Shown here one piece after another: positions 44,229-53,844 of a stretch of 64,000 nucleotides of DNA (its first letter is position 1; every line of letters begins with the position of its first letter). The position numbers and the translations under genes are program-made. Below the pieces are notes generated by a model. It had not been told where the DNA came from. It was given only the letters and a program-made list of their open reading frames with translations, and did not search any database. Origin of the DNA: Deltaproteobacteria bacterium (GTDB lineage Bacteria > Bdellovibrionota > UBA2394); NCBI GenBank assembly GCA_017302715.1, contig JAFLCD010000002.1, positions 5,882 to 69,881 of the forward strand, written 5' to 3'.

Positions 44229-46103
44229 ATGTCGGAAGCCAATCTGTTGCAGTTGCAAGGAGGAGCGAAATCCTTTGCGACGAAAACTCTTTTTGAAAAA
44301 GCCACTTTTGCTGTGAATGAAAACGAACATATTGGTGTGATCGGACCTAATGGTACGGGCAAAACGACATTGTTTAAAATTATTGCAGGTGAAGAAGAGC
44401 TCGATCACGGAGAAGTCATTCGTTCGCGAGCCCTTCGCATTGGTTATTTAAAGCAGCACGACACTTGGAATACCGAAGAAACTTTAGAGACTTATTTAGA
44501 GAGATGCGAGCGCACCCCCATTTGGGAACTCAAGCAACTCGGCCATGGTTTAGGTTTAAGTGACGCTCAGTTTGAAGCTCCCATTAAAAGTCTAAGCGGG
44601 GGTTATCGAATGCGAGCGAAATTACTTTATTTGCTCGGCGAAAAACCAAATCTGATGTTGCTCGATGAGCCGACAAACTATTTAGATCTTGAAACGACAT
44701 TGGTGCTCGAGGAATTTTTGCAAAATTTTGAAGGTGCTTTCATGTTGATCTCGCACGATCGCGAATTTTTAAAGCGTACAACTGATCATATTTTAGAAAT
44801 CGAAACCGGCGATATGGTGAAGTTCAGCGGAAATATCGACGATTATTTTGAGCAAAAGCAAATGCTTCGCGATCAACTTGAGGCTCGCGCGATGAATGAT
44901 GCCGCTAAACGACAAGTAGTTTTAGATTTCGCCGCTCGTTTTGGAGCAAAAGCGAGTAAAGCTCGTCAGGCTCAAAGTCGCTTAAAGCAAATGGCGAAGA
45001 TGGAAACGATTGAGCTTAAATCTTTGCCGATTGGGGCGAAGGTTCATATTCCTCCGCCCGATCGCACGGGAAAGCTTTCGATGGAATTAAAAGACGTCGA
45101 TGTGGGATATGGCGAAAAAGTTATTTTACAGAATGTGAATTTACAAATTTTAAATGGCGATCATATGGGAATCGTCGGATTAAATGGCGCAGGTAAAACA
45201 ACTCTTTTAAAAGCGCTCGCCAAAGAAATTCCTGTTCTCTATGGAGATTTAAAATACGGTTATCAATTGAGTTGCGGTTATTATGCTCAGCATGTTTCGG
45301 AGCGATTAAAGCCAGAAGAAACGGTAGTCGAAGCTCTTTCACGAACGGCGGATGCCAAAGTAAAAACCCAAGAGATTTTAAATATTGCAGGCTCTCTTTT
45401 ATTTTCGGGCGACGATGCGAAGAAGAAAATTAGAGTTCTCTCAGGAGGAGAAAAAGCTCGCGTGGCTCTGGGACAAATTTTACTGAAGCGATCACCTTGT
45501 TTGATTTTAGATGAGCCGACGAACCACTTAGATTTTTATACAGTGGAAGCTTTGACTCAATCGCTCGCCGAATATCCAGGCACGGTCATCATCGTCAGTC
45601 ACGATCGGGGATTCATCCGAAGAATTGCGACAAAAATTATCGAAGTTCACCAAGGAAAAGTGCGACTTTATCCCGGAGCTTACGATGATTATGTATGGAG
45701 CGTTCAAAAAGGCGCGTTCGCGAATGAGCCCGAAGGCGTAACCGAATTTAAATATCGAAAAAAATCAGAAGAAGTTGTGGAAGAAGAAGATGCTTCTTCA
45801 CCTGTCGCAGAGGTTCGTGCTCTTGCGCCTGTTCGTTCGGGGCCGACTCCGCAGAAAAAAGAGCTTGAAGCAAGACGAAGAGAAATCGATAAAGCTTTAG
45901 AAGCTCTCGATAAGAAAACAAAAATTCTGAAAAGTCGCATGGAAGAACAAGCGAAAACTTTAGAGTCAGCTCAAGGAGCAAAGGCCACTGAAATTTCACG
46001 AGAGCTTTCGGCTTCTCAGAAAAAAATCGAAGAACTTGAGTCTGAGTGGATGAAGCTCGTTGAAGAGCGCGAAGAGATTTTAGCGACGATTAAAAGTTTA
46101 TAA
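44229..46103 (+). CDS. ABC-F family ATPase (two ABC cassettes, no TM segment, charged coiled-coil tail; Uup-like)
   Basis: GPNGTGKTT/LSGGYRMR in the first cassette and GLNGAGKTT/LSGGEKAR in the second. E/K-rich C-terminus. Confidence 0.9.
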   Translation: MSEANLLQLQGGAKSFATKTLFEKATFAVNENEHIGVIGPNGTGKTTLFKIIAGEEELDHGEVIRSRALRIGYLKQHDTWNTEETLETYLERCERTPIWELKQLGHGLGLSDAQFEAPIKSLSGGYRMRAKLLYLLGEKPNLMLLDEPTNYLDLETTLVLEEFLQNFEGAFMLISHDREFLKRTTDHILEIETGDMVKFSGNIDDYFEQKQMLRDQLEARAMNDAAKRQVVLDFAARFGAKASKARQAQSRLKQMAKMETIELKSLPIGAKVHIPPPDRTGKLSMELKDVDVGYGEKVILQNVNLQILNGDHMGIVGLNGAGKTTLLKALAKEIPVLYGDLKYGYQLSCGYYAQHVSERLKPEETVVEALSRTADAKVKTQEILNIAGSLLFSGDDAKKKIRVLSGGEKARVALGQILLKRSPCLILDEPTNHLDFYTVEALTQSLAEYPGTVIIVSHDRGFIRRIATKIIEVHQGKVRLYPGAYDDYVWSVQKGAFANEPEGVTEFKYRKKSEEVVEEEDASSPVAEVRALAPVRSGPTPQKKELEARRREIDKALEALDKKTKILKSRMEEQAKTLESAQGAKATEISRELSASQKKIEELESEWMKLVEEREEILATIKSL

Positions 46104-47073
46104 AATAATTTTTAGCGGGCTGAGCTTCACGAATAATTTTTAAATCTACTAAAGCTGCTGCCATATCATTCCAACGTTTTTCAGTCATAGCGCCAACACC
46201 GCCTTTTCGAGATTCGTCGGTGACGATTAAAGAAGTTTGCATATAAGCAACTTCGTTAAAAGTTTCGAGATCCATCGCTTTATTGAGCGTCGACATCCAT
46301 TGGTTAGCGGGTTGAGGGGCAGCAAGATATAACTTCCATCCATCATAAGAAGCTTTCACCATGGCTTTAACAATCTCTGGATTTTTTTTGAGATACTTTC
46401 CGCTTGTTACAAGCACGGATGTATAAGGATTAAAACCAGCTTCAGCGACCATAAACACTTGAGGATTCGCTCCCTTTTTTCTCGCCATCGCAGGCTCAGC
46501 CGTTACAAAACATTGCTGCGCGAAATTTTTATCATTTAAAAATTCTGTAATTCCACCTTTATAAGGAACGATTTTTGCGCCTTCTGTTTTATATTTTTTT
46601 CTTAAGAAATCATAAAAGGGATAACCTTTTTGAATCGCCACTGTTCCCGAAGAAAAAACATCGCCAATAGATTTAAGTCCTCGCGAAGCATGAACCATGA
46701 TTCCTGTAGGTGAAGTCTGATAAACAGCGAACAAGGCAACGACGTCCGCGCCTTTGGATCTAGCAATGATGACATCGTCAGCACTTGAAATTCCGAACTC
46801 TACTTTTCCTGCAGCTATCATTTGAACGACAGGTGAGCCTGCGCCACCTGGCAATAAATCGACTCTTAAATTGGAGTTTTTATAAATTCCGGATTGTTCC
46901 GCTGCATAAAATCCTCCGAACTCAGGTTCGGGCACCCAATTGAGAGCGAGTTTTACAGAAGTTAATGCAGGGAGCTTGGCATTTTTTTCTTTAGCGTGAG
47001 CAGAAAAAATTCCAATAACTAAAAGGACAGAGCTAAGAAATGAAATTAAATATTTTTTTCTGATGCGTGCCAA
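46090..47073 (-). CDS. ABC transporter substrate-binding protein, NMT1/ThiY/SsuA-like
   Basis: LALNWVPEPEFGGFYAAEQSGIY is NMT1-type. No in-frame ATG is available. The TTG at 47073 gives the signal peptide MARIRKKYLISFLSSVLLVIGIFSAHA. Confidence 0.75.
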   Translation of the reverse strand: MARIRKKYLISFLSSVLLVIGIFSAHAKEKNAKLPALTSVKLALNWVPEPEFGGFYAAEQSGIYKNSNLRVDLLPGGAGSPVVQMIAAGKVEFGISSADDVIIARSKGADVVALFAVYQTSPTGIMVHASRGLKSIGDVFSSGTVAIQKGYPFYDFLRKKYKTEGAKIVPYKGGITEFLNDKNFAQQCFVTAEPAMARKKGANPQVFMVAEAGFNPYTSVLVTSGKYLKKNPEIVKAMVKASYDGWKLYLAAPQPANQWMSTLNKAMDLETFNEVAYMQTSLIVTDESRKGGVGAMTEKRWNDMAAALVDLKIIREAQPAKNYFINF

Positions 47074-47807
47074 TTTCTCAACACTAAACGAGAGAAAATA
47101 TTCATTCCACTTAAAAAAATAAAACCGATCAAAGTGGCCATCAAAATAGCGGCGAAAACGAGATCGAGTCGCTGTCTTGTCTTTGCGACCTCGATAATGC
47201 CGCCTAAGCCGCCGCCCGTAATAAATTCGCCGACCACAGCGCCAATAACGGCAAGCCCGCTTGCAATGCGTAAGCCGACAAAAATCTGCGGCAAACAAAA
47301 AGGAAGTCGAAGCTTAAATAAAAAATCAAAGGCATTCGCTTTATAAAGATGAAAGAGATCTACAAGTGCCGGATCTGTAGAGCGCATTCCTGTCAGAGTG
47401 CTAGCGATCATCGGAAAAATAGAGACGATAAAACTGGAGGCCACGACAGTCGGCGTTCCGTATCCAAACCAAATCACCAGAAGGGGAGCAACGGCGATCA
47501 CAGGTACGGTCTGAAAAAAAACAGCGTAGGGATAAAAAGCTCGATACATCCATTTGGAAGATGAAAAAATTATTCCAATCAAGATTCCAAAAAAAGCACT
47601 CATTAAAAATCCTAAGAAAGCTGCCTTGGCCGTTTGAAAGAAAGCCGTCCAAATTTCTTTAGAATCTACAAAAATAGCGGAAAAAACTTCTGAAGGAGTG
47701 GGGGCTAAATAAGAAGGTAGAATTTGATACCGTGTTAAAATTTCGATCAGCAAAATTGCGATCGCGAGTGGGATTAGCGGCAAAAATGCAATCCATTTCA
47801 TTTTCAT
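47046..47807 (-). CDS. ABC transporter permease (BPD_transp_1, SsuC/TauC-type)
   Basis: Six TM segments and the EAA-like loop AFDFLFKLRLPFCLPQIFVGLRIA. Confidence 0.9.
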   Translation of the reverse strand: MKMKWIAFLPLIPLAIAILLIEILTRYQILPSYLAPTPSEVFSAIFVDSKEIWTAFFQTAKAAFLGFLMSAFFGILIGIIFSSSKWMYRAFYPYAVFFQTVPVIAVAPLLVIWFGYGTPTVVASSFIVSIFPMIASTLTGMRSTDPALVDLFHLYKANAFDFLFKLRLPFCLPQIFVGLRIASGLAVIGAVVGEFITGGGLGGIIEVAKTRQRLDLVFAAILMATLIGFIFLSGMNIFSRLVLRNWHASEKNI

Positions 47808-48559
47808 AACTGAGCCGCCATATCTTGCTGAGTATTTGCTGAGAGAACTTCTAAGATCTCACGAGCTGTCTTTGAAAATTCTGGGCTTAAAGTAATTTCT
47901 AATTTTCGATTTTCAGGCAGAGATATTTTTTTATCTAAAACGATTTGCCCGGGTCTGGATGACAAAACAAGTGCGCGATTTGTTAAAAAGCAAGCTTCTG
48001 AAATAGAGTGGGTGACAAAAACAATAGTCATTTTTTTTTCTAGCCAAAGTTTTCTTAGATCTTCTTCGAGAGAAGCTCTTGAGACTTCATCGAGAGCGGC
48101 AAAGGGCTCGTCCATCAATAACAATTTAGGCTGAGTGACTAAAGCTCGAGCGAGTGAAACTCGCATTTTCATTCCGCCAGAGAGTTGCGCCGGATAGGCC
48201 GACGCGAAATCTTTTAATCCAATTTTCTCGAGAGCTTGTTCTGTTAAAGATTTTTTTTCTGCTGGTGAAATTTTCTGAAGCTCTAAAGGTAGAGAAATAT
48301 TTTCAAAAACATTTCTCCAGGGAAGCAGATGGGCGTCTTGAAAAACGAAGGCTATTTGATCGTGATAAACTTGTAAGCTGCCTTCGCTAGGCATTTCAAG
48401 TTTAGCAATTAGTCTAAGCAGGGTGGACTTTCCACAACCTGAAGGTCCTACAAGAGAGACGAAATCTCCTTCAGTAATTTCAAAATTTAAATTTTTAAGT
48501 GTGGTGAGACCGTTATTAAATGTTTTGCTTAAATTTCTGGCGATAATATCTGCCTTCAC
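47804..48559 (-). CDS. ABC transporter ATP-binding protein (SsuB/TauB-type)
   Basis: GPSGCGKST, LSGGMKMR and LLMDEP. GTG start overlapping the PAP2 stop (GTGA). Confidence 0.9.
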   Translation of the reverse strand: MKADIIARNLSKTFNNGLTTLKNLNFEITEGDFVSLVGPSGCGKSTLLRLIAKLEMPSEGSLQVYHDQIAFVFQDAHLLPWRNVFENISLPLELQKISPAEKKSLTEQALEKIGLKDFASAYPAQLSGGMKMRVSLARALVTQPKLLLMDEPFAALDEVSRASLEEDLRKLWLEKKMTIVFVTHSISEACFLTNRALVLSSRPGQIVLDKKISLPENRKLEITLSPEFSKTAREILEVLSANTQQDMAAQL

Positions 48560-49227
48560 GAGTCAGAGGATCCTCCTGATTTAAATCTAGAAAAAACACT
48601 CGCTAAGATAAGCGCCCAAGCGGTGCCTAAACAAAATCCACCGATGACATCGCTTGGATAATGAACACCTAAATAAAGCCGCGAAAATGAAATAAGAAAA
48701 ATCATAGAAAGTGCGATCGTTAAAATCTGATTTTTTATTTTCTTAGAAGGGATTTGCGATTTTAAAATAAGATAAAGAGAAATATAAAATGCCGCAGCTG
48801 TGGTCGCATGTCCGCTCGGATAAGAATAGCTCGTCAGATGCGAAAGGGGTTCAACAACACTTGGACGAGAGCGCGTAAAAATTTCTTTGAAGATAGCCAT
48901 CAGATATCGAGCGCCTAGCGAAGCTAAAATAATTTGAGGAATATAAAGATATTCTTTGAAGATCAGAAGGCTGAGGGCGGTGATTAAGGTCAAAGAAACG
49001 ATCGTGCCGACAGAGGCGAGTTCACTCATATAGAGAAAGCAGGCGTTCAGCCAATCGACTCGTATGATCGAAATCTTTTCAAGGACGAGATTTTCCCAAT
49101 GAGGAACGGCGTGATTGCCCATCGCTTGCCAGCCAAAATAAGCAAACACTCCTAAAAATAAAAGTATCGCTAACCACGGAGTTTTGGAGCTCTTGCCCTT
49201 AGATTTTGACTTAAGATCCTTTGCCAC
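48556..49227 (-). CDS. PAP2-family membrane phosphatase
   Basis: All three motifs are present: KEIFTRSRP, PSGH and SRLYLGVHYPSD. Confidence 0.85.
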   Translation of the reverse strand: MAKDLKSKSKGKSSKTPWLAILLFLGVFAYFGWQAMGNHAVPHWENLVLEKISIIRVDWLNACFLYMSELASVGTIVSLTLITALSLLIFKEYLYIPQIILASLGARYLMAIFKEIFTRSRPSVVEPLSHLTSYSYPSGHATTAAAFYISLYLILKSQIPSKKIKNQILTIALSMIFLISFSRLYLGVHYPSDVIGGFCLGTAWALILASVFSRFKSGGSSDS

Positions 49228-49328
49228 GACCTCGTCAGCTTAATTTTTTTTAAAACATCTGTCGCCCAAAAACATATCTCTAAAATATAATTTACCTCAA
49301 TGCCCAGGCTGACAGAGAATGAATATCT

Positions 49329-50726
49329 GTGGACGCTCAGCTTTCAGAACTTAAAAAATTTCTAAAGAACGACCAAATTTCAACAGACGTCCAAGATCTT
49401 GAAAACTACGGTCGAGACTGGACGCGAGCTTTTTCACCTAAGCCTTTAGCGATTTTGTTTCCACAGAGCACTCATGAGGTTCAGTTGATCGTTCAATGGG
49501 CAATCACCTACAAAGAAAGTATTTCGCTCGTACCTTCGGGTGGACGCACAGGGTTAAGTGGTGGGGCGGTTGCAACGAAAGGTGAAGTCGTTCTCTCACT
49601 TCAGCGAATGAATAAAATAGGGGATCTCAATGAAATCGATAGATTGATTTCTTGCGAGGCGGGTGTGGTTACTCAAGACCTTCAAGAATTTGTAAAAAAT
49701 AAAGGGTATTTCTTTCCCGTCGATTTTGCTTCACGAGGTTCAAGCCAAATTGGCGGAAATATTTCTACCAATGCAGGTGGAACAAAAGTTATTCGCTACG
49801 GTCTGATGAGGGAATGGGTGGCTGGACTTGAAGTAGTCACCGGTGCTGGTGAGATTTTAAAAATGGATCAAGCATTGGTAAAAAATAATGCGGGCTATGA
49901 TCTTAAGCAGCTTTTTATCGGAAGCGAAGGAAGTTTAGGAATTGTCACTTCAGCTATTTTAAAATTTACGACACCGCCTGAAATTCCGACCGTCATTCTT
50001 TTGCAATCAGCAAAATTAGATTTTTCGACGGAAATTTTAAAAAGATTTCAATCTCGACTTTCGCTTACCGCTTTTGAATTTTTTACTCAGACGGCTTTAG
50101 AAAAGGTTTTAGAAAATCAAAAAACAGAGTCTGCACCTTTTCAAAAATCTTCGCCCTTTTATTTTTTGGCCGAGTTTGAGCAAAAGAGTGATGCTGTCAT
50201 GGATGAAGCCTTGGCTATTTTTGATGAGCTAAAGGCTGAGGGCCTCATTATCGATGGAACTTTAAGTCAAAATGATCAGCAGCGAGAAAAGCTTTGGGGC
50301 TATAGAGAAAATATTTCTGAGGCGCTTTCAAAATTTAAGCCCTATAAAAATGATATTTCGGTAAAAATTTCTGAAATTCCAGAATTTGTCAGAGAGGTAG
50401 AGGTTGTTCTTACGAAAAATTTTCCAAAGGTCGATATTATTTGGTTCGGTCATATTGGAGATGGAAATTTACATATCAATGTAATTCGCCAAGCCGATCA
50501 ATTGGACTCGGACTTTGAAAATGAATGTAAAGATATCAGCCAAAAGCTTTTTGAAGTTTTGAAGAAATTTAATGGAAGTATTTCTGCGGAGCATGGCATC
50601 GGCCTGCTCAAAAAACCTTATCTGTCACTCAGCAGAACTCCCGAAGAAATTCAGGCGATGAAGCAGATCAAAAAAGTTTTTGATCCTCATGGCATTTTAA
50701 ATCCCGGCAAAATTTTCGATCTTTAA
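49329..50726 (+). CDS. FAD-linked oxidase (GlcD / D-2-hydroxyglutarate dehydrogenase-like)
   Basis: FAD_binding_4 N-terminus (PSGGRTGLSGGAV) and FAD-oxidase_C C-terminus (SISAEHGIG..., DPHGILNPGK). Confidence 0.85.
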   Translation: MDAQLSELKKFLKNDQISTDVQDLENYGRDWTRAFSPKPLAILFPQSTHEVQLIVQWAITYKESISLVPSGGRTGLSGGAVATKGEVVLSLQRMNKIGDLNEIDRLISCEAGVVTQDLQEFVKNKGYFFPVDFASRGSSQIGGNISTNAGGTKVIRYGLMREWVAGLEVVTGAGEILKMDQALVKNNAGYDLKQLFIGSEGSLGIVTSAILKFTTPPEIPTVILLQSAKLDFSTEILKRFQSRLSLTAFEFFTQTALEKVLENQKTESAPFQKSSPFYFLAEFEQKSDAVMDEALAIFDELKAEGLIIDGTLSQNDQQREKLWGYRENISEALSKFKPYKNDISVKISEIPEFVREVEVVLTKNFPKVDIIWFGHIGDGNLHINVIRQADQLDSDFENECKDISQKLFEVLKKFNGSISAEHGIGLLKKPYLSLSRTPEEIQAMKQIKKVFDPHGILNPGKIFDL

Positions 50727-51949
50727 TAAAGAATTCGCGTTCGAATACTTGTAGGCAGCGCTTTGATTCGGTCATTCACTTTATCCGATAACTTTCTATC
50801 AAGATCGACAATCAGATAACCGATATCGTTATCTGTTCCCAAATACTGACTTTGAATATTTGCGCCGAGGTCCGAAACAATTCCGTTAATATTTTTTAGA
50901 ACTCCTGGAACATTTTTATGCACATTCAAAATCCGATGACTGCCATGTAAAATCGGCAAATCGATTTCAGGAAAATTCACAGATCCACGAGTTGAGCCAT
51001 TGTTAATAAATTTCGTTAAAGCTTCGGTAACTTCAAATCCAATATTCATTTGAGCTTCTTCGGTGCTGCCTCCAATATGCGGAGTCAAAATCAGATTAGG
51101 AATTTTTTGCAGAGAAGATTTAAATTTTTCATTATTCGATTCGGGCTCTTCCGGAAAAACATCAATGGCTGCGCCCGCTAAATGATTTGCTTTTAAGGCG
51201 GCGGCAAGATTTTCGATATCAACGACCGAGCCTCGACTTGCGTTAATTAAATACGAACCTTTCTTCATTTTTTTAAATTGCTCGGCCTTAAACATTTTTT
51301 TGGTCTGAGGAGTTTCAGGAACATGCAGAGTCACAAAATCGGATTGCTCTAAAACTTGGTCCATTGTTTTAAGTTGATGAGAATTCCCAAGAGGCATTTT
51401 CGTAATCACATCGTAATAAACGACTTTCATTCCAAAACTTTCGGCCAAAACAGAAACTTGCGATCCGATATGTCCGTAACCGATGATGCCCAAAGTTTTT
51501 CCACGAATTTCAAAACAATTTTTAGAAACTTTTTTCCAAACTCCTTCGTGGAGTTCTTTGTTTCGATCTCCAAGTTGTCTTGCGAGCATCACGATTTCGG
51601 CGAGAACCATTTCGGCGACAGATCTTGTATTGCTAAACGGCGCATTAAAAACAGAAACGCCTTTCAATTTGGCAGCCTTGATATCAACTTGATTGGTGCC
51701 TATGCAAAAGCAACCGATGCTCAATAATTTGGAGGCATGTTTTAAAACACTTTCGGTGATCTGAGTTTTTGATCGAATTCCTAATATATGGACATCGGCA
51801 ATTTTCTTTTTAAGTTCGGCTTCGCTCAAGGCCTCAGACAAAGCTTCAATTTGAAATCCTTCGGTTTTAAGAGTTGAAACAGCGACCTGGTGGATATTTT
51901 CGAGGAGTAGAATTTTCATTTTAGAGCGTGAAAACGAGAGCTTAGGCAT
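50723..51949 (-). CDS. serA: D-3-phosphoglycerate dehydrogenase with ACT domain
   Basis: Collinear with E. coli SerA as recalled (GCFCIGTNQVD, FNAPFSNTRSVAE, GIIGYGHIGSQ, TPHIGGST, ending RTRILY). Confidence 0.9.
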   Translation of the reverse strand: MPKLSFSRSKMKILLLENIHQVAVSTLKTEGFQIEALSEALSEAELKKKIADVHILGIRSKTQITESVLKHASKLLSIGCFCIGTNQVDIKAAKLKGVSVFNAPFSNTRSVAEMVLAEIVMLARQLGDRNKELHEGVWKKVSKNCFEIRGKTLGIIGYGHIGSQVSVLAESFGMKVVYYDVITKMPLGNSHQLKTMDQVLEQSDFVTLHVPETPQTKKMFKAEQFKKMKKGSYLINASRGSVVDIENLAAALKANHLAGAAIDVFPEEPESNNEKFKSSLQKIPNLILTPHIGGSTEEAQMNIGFEVTEALTKFINNGSTRGSVNFPEIDLPILHGSHRILNVHKNVPGVLKNINGIVSDLGANIQSQYLGTDNDIGYLIVDLDRKLSDKVNDRIKALPTSIRTRILY

Positions 51950-52065
51950 TCCAAAAGTTTGAACGAAACTTCTATTTCTGGCTTCAAAAAAAGCTTCAGA
52001 AGCGCCTAAAAAGCTGACCTGGCACCTTTTTGACCCGACCCCTTCTTCATGCTAAAGAAGCGAGC

Positions 52066-53082
52066 ATGCAAATGATTAAAGTTTTGGTTCTCGGGGTTGT
52101 TTCATCTTTATTTTTATTCGCCAGTGAAGCTCATGCGGGATTTAGCATCAGTGGGTTTTGTAAAACAGTTACGGGCTCGATTCCAGGGTTTGGATCAAAG
52201 AGATCCAAGATCAGTGCGGAGCAGGCTATTATAGAAATTGATAGCCTTAAAAACAATGCTGCGGATTTAGGCAGTTTGCTAAGGGCAAAATGGAAGGGTG
52301 AAGATTTCAAACAACTTTCTAAAACAAATACTCCTCTTCAAACTTGTCGAGACAATAAAAAGGACCTCGATACTTTATTAGAGAAATTGGAGTTGGTAAG
52401 CAGCCGTTTAACTTTGCTTGCTCAAGCCAGTGTTAGTCCAAAAACAGCAGATCAAATTGCAAACTATGTTTTTTCTCAATTATTACTCGATGGAAATTTC
52501 ATTTACGCTCTGAAGTTTTTTAAAAAAGTAGAGGCCGGTTTAAAAATTTATCGTGCTCCAGGTTCTACAGAACATTTGGATGGCGAAACAGTGGCAAAAA
52601 TTCAGTCCGTTAATTTAGAAAAGTGGGACGAAATTTTTAGAGCTCTATTTAAAAAAATTGGACCCCAACTTCACATCAATATAACCGAATTAATAAATAC
52701 AAATTCCAACGCTTCTTTTAATTTATTATCAAAAGCAATTTCGGATCTTTCAGCAAAACAACCAAATTTAGATGTCGGCAAGCGTTCTCCCTACACTTTG
52801 CGAACAGCAGTAGAGACCAGTGAGTTTGATAAAGATGCCAGAACTTTAATAGATACTCGCAGAGCGGTAGTCTCGGAGTTTTTGAAATATAGAGAACTAA
52901 GTCCTTTTATGAAGTCAGATAATTCAGATGGTGGCGCGACTGCCCCCTCTACAAATTATCAAAGACCAAAACCTAAAGTAGAAGTTCCAGACGCACCTAT
53001 TGAATTATCTTCTAAGAAATCAGAGGGCACTCCGATTTTTGAGAAGCCATCAGATGGTTCTCAGGCCGAAGGTTCAAAATAA
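52066..53082 (+). CDS. Secreted hypothetical protein
   Basis: Signal peptide MQMIKVLVLGVVSSLFLFASEAHA/G. Helical, with a Pro/Ser-rich tail. Confidence 0.55.
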   Translation: MQMIKVLVLGVVSSLFLFASEAHAGFSISGFCKTVTGSIPGFGSKRSKISAEQAIIEIDSLKNNAADLGSLLRAKWKGEDFKQLSKTNTPLQTCRDNKKDLDTLLEKLELVSSRLTLLAQASVSPKTADQIANYVFSQLLLDGNFIYALKFFKKVEAGLKIYRAPGSTEHLDGETVAKIQSVNLEKWDEIFRALFKKIGPQLHINITELINTNSNASFNLLSKAISDLSAKQPNLDVGKRSPYTLRTAVETSEFDKDARTLIDTRRAVVSEFLKYRELSPFMKSDNSDGGATAPSTNYQRPKPKVEVPDAPIELSSKKSEGTPIFEKPSDGSQAEGSK

Positions 53083-53088
53083 TTTAGA

Positions 53089-53844
53089 ATGATTTTTGTT
53101 CTGTGTGCCGCCGCCTTTTTAGCCGGCTTCATTGATTCGGTGGCAGGAGGCGGCGGCTTGATTCAAGTGCCGGCACTTTTTATTTGTTTACCCTCTGCGC
53201 CGATTCCACTTTTACTTGGCATCAATAAGTTTTCTTCGTTTTGCGGAACTTCGATTTCGGTTCTTCGCTATTCTAAAAACGTTTCGATCCCCTGGAAGTT
53301 AATGATCCCGGGAATGATCGTGGCTCTTCTTTTTTCTTTTTTAGGGGCGAGAGCTGTAAGCCATTTACCGAGCGAACTGATCCGCCCTTTTATTTTAGTT
53401 TTGCTCTTTGGAGTTTTTCTTTTCACTTTGCTCAATAAAAATTTTGGATCTCAAGAAAAGCATAAACCTATTCTTAAGAAAACCCGCGCAGCCGTAGTTT
53501 TAGGATGTGCGATCATCGGTTTTTATGATGGATTTTTAGGCCCGGGTACTGGCGGCTTTTTGATTTTCTTTTTTGTTTTTTACTTGGGGATGAACTTTTT
53601 AAAGGCTTCGGCTTCGGCCAAGCTCATCAATTGGTCGACGAATATCGCGGCCCTTACTTACTTTGCAGCTATCGGAATGATCGATTATCGAATGGCTGTT
53701 CCGATGGCGGCAGCCAATATCGGCGGAAATTACTTAGGAAGTCATTTAGCCATTAAAAAAGGTTCACCTTTTATTCGTTTTATCTTTTTATGGGTCGTTT
53801 CAATGATTCTATTGAAATTAGCTTTTGATTTTATTTTTAAATGA
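53089..53844 (+). CDS. TSUP (TauE/SafE, YfcA-like) family anion exporter
   Basis: AGFIDSVAGGGGLIQVPALF and an 8-TM repeat layout. Confidence 0.85.
   Translation: MIFVLCAAAFLAGFIDSVAGGGGLIQVPALFICLPSAPIPLLLGINKFSSFCGTSISVLRYSKNVSIPWKLMIPGMIVALLFSFLGARAVSHLPSELIRPFILVLLFGVFLFTLLNKNFGSQEKHKPILKKTRAAVVLGCAIIGFYDGFLGPGTGGFLIFFFVFYLGMNFLKASASAKLINWSTNIAALTYFAAIGMIDYRMAVPMAAANIGGNYLGSHLAIKKGSPFIRFIFLWVVSMILLKLAFDFIFK

Noticed and set aside
44084-44296. A 70-aa ORF and the 11-nt palindrome GGAGCAGCTCC (44141-44151) in the leader of the ABC-F gene, considered as a leader peptide or attenuator like those of antibiotic-resistance ABC-F genes.
   Set aside because: The ORF overlaps the ABC-F start in another frame and has no SD. 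The palindrome has a 1-nt centre, so it cannot form a hairpin. I could not trace any alternative terminator/antiterminator pairing. The sequence alone gives no basis to call this ABC-F a resistance determinant.
49228-49328. A possible TPP or other riboswitch upstream of the PAP2 / NMT1-type ABC operon.
   Set aside because: Neither strand shows the conserved TPP core elements (CUGAGA with the ACCUGAUCUGGAUAAUGCCAGCG-like arm), and the spacer is only 101 nt.
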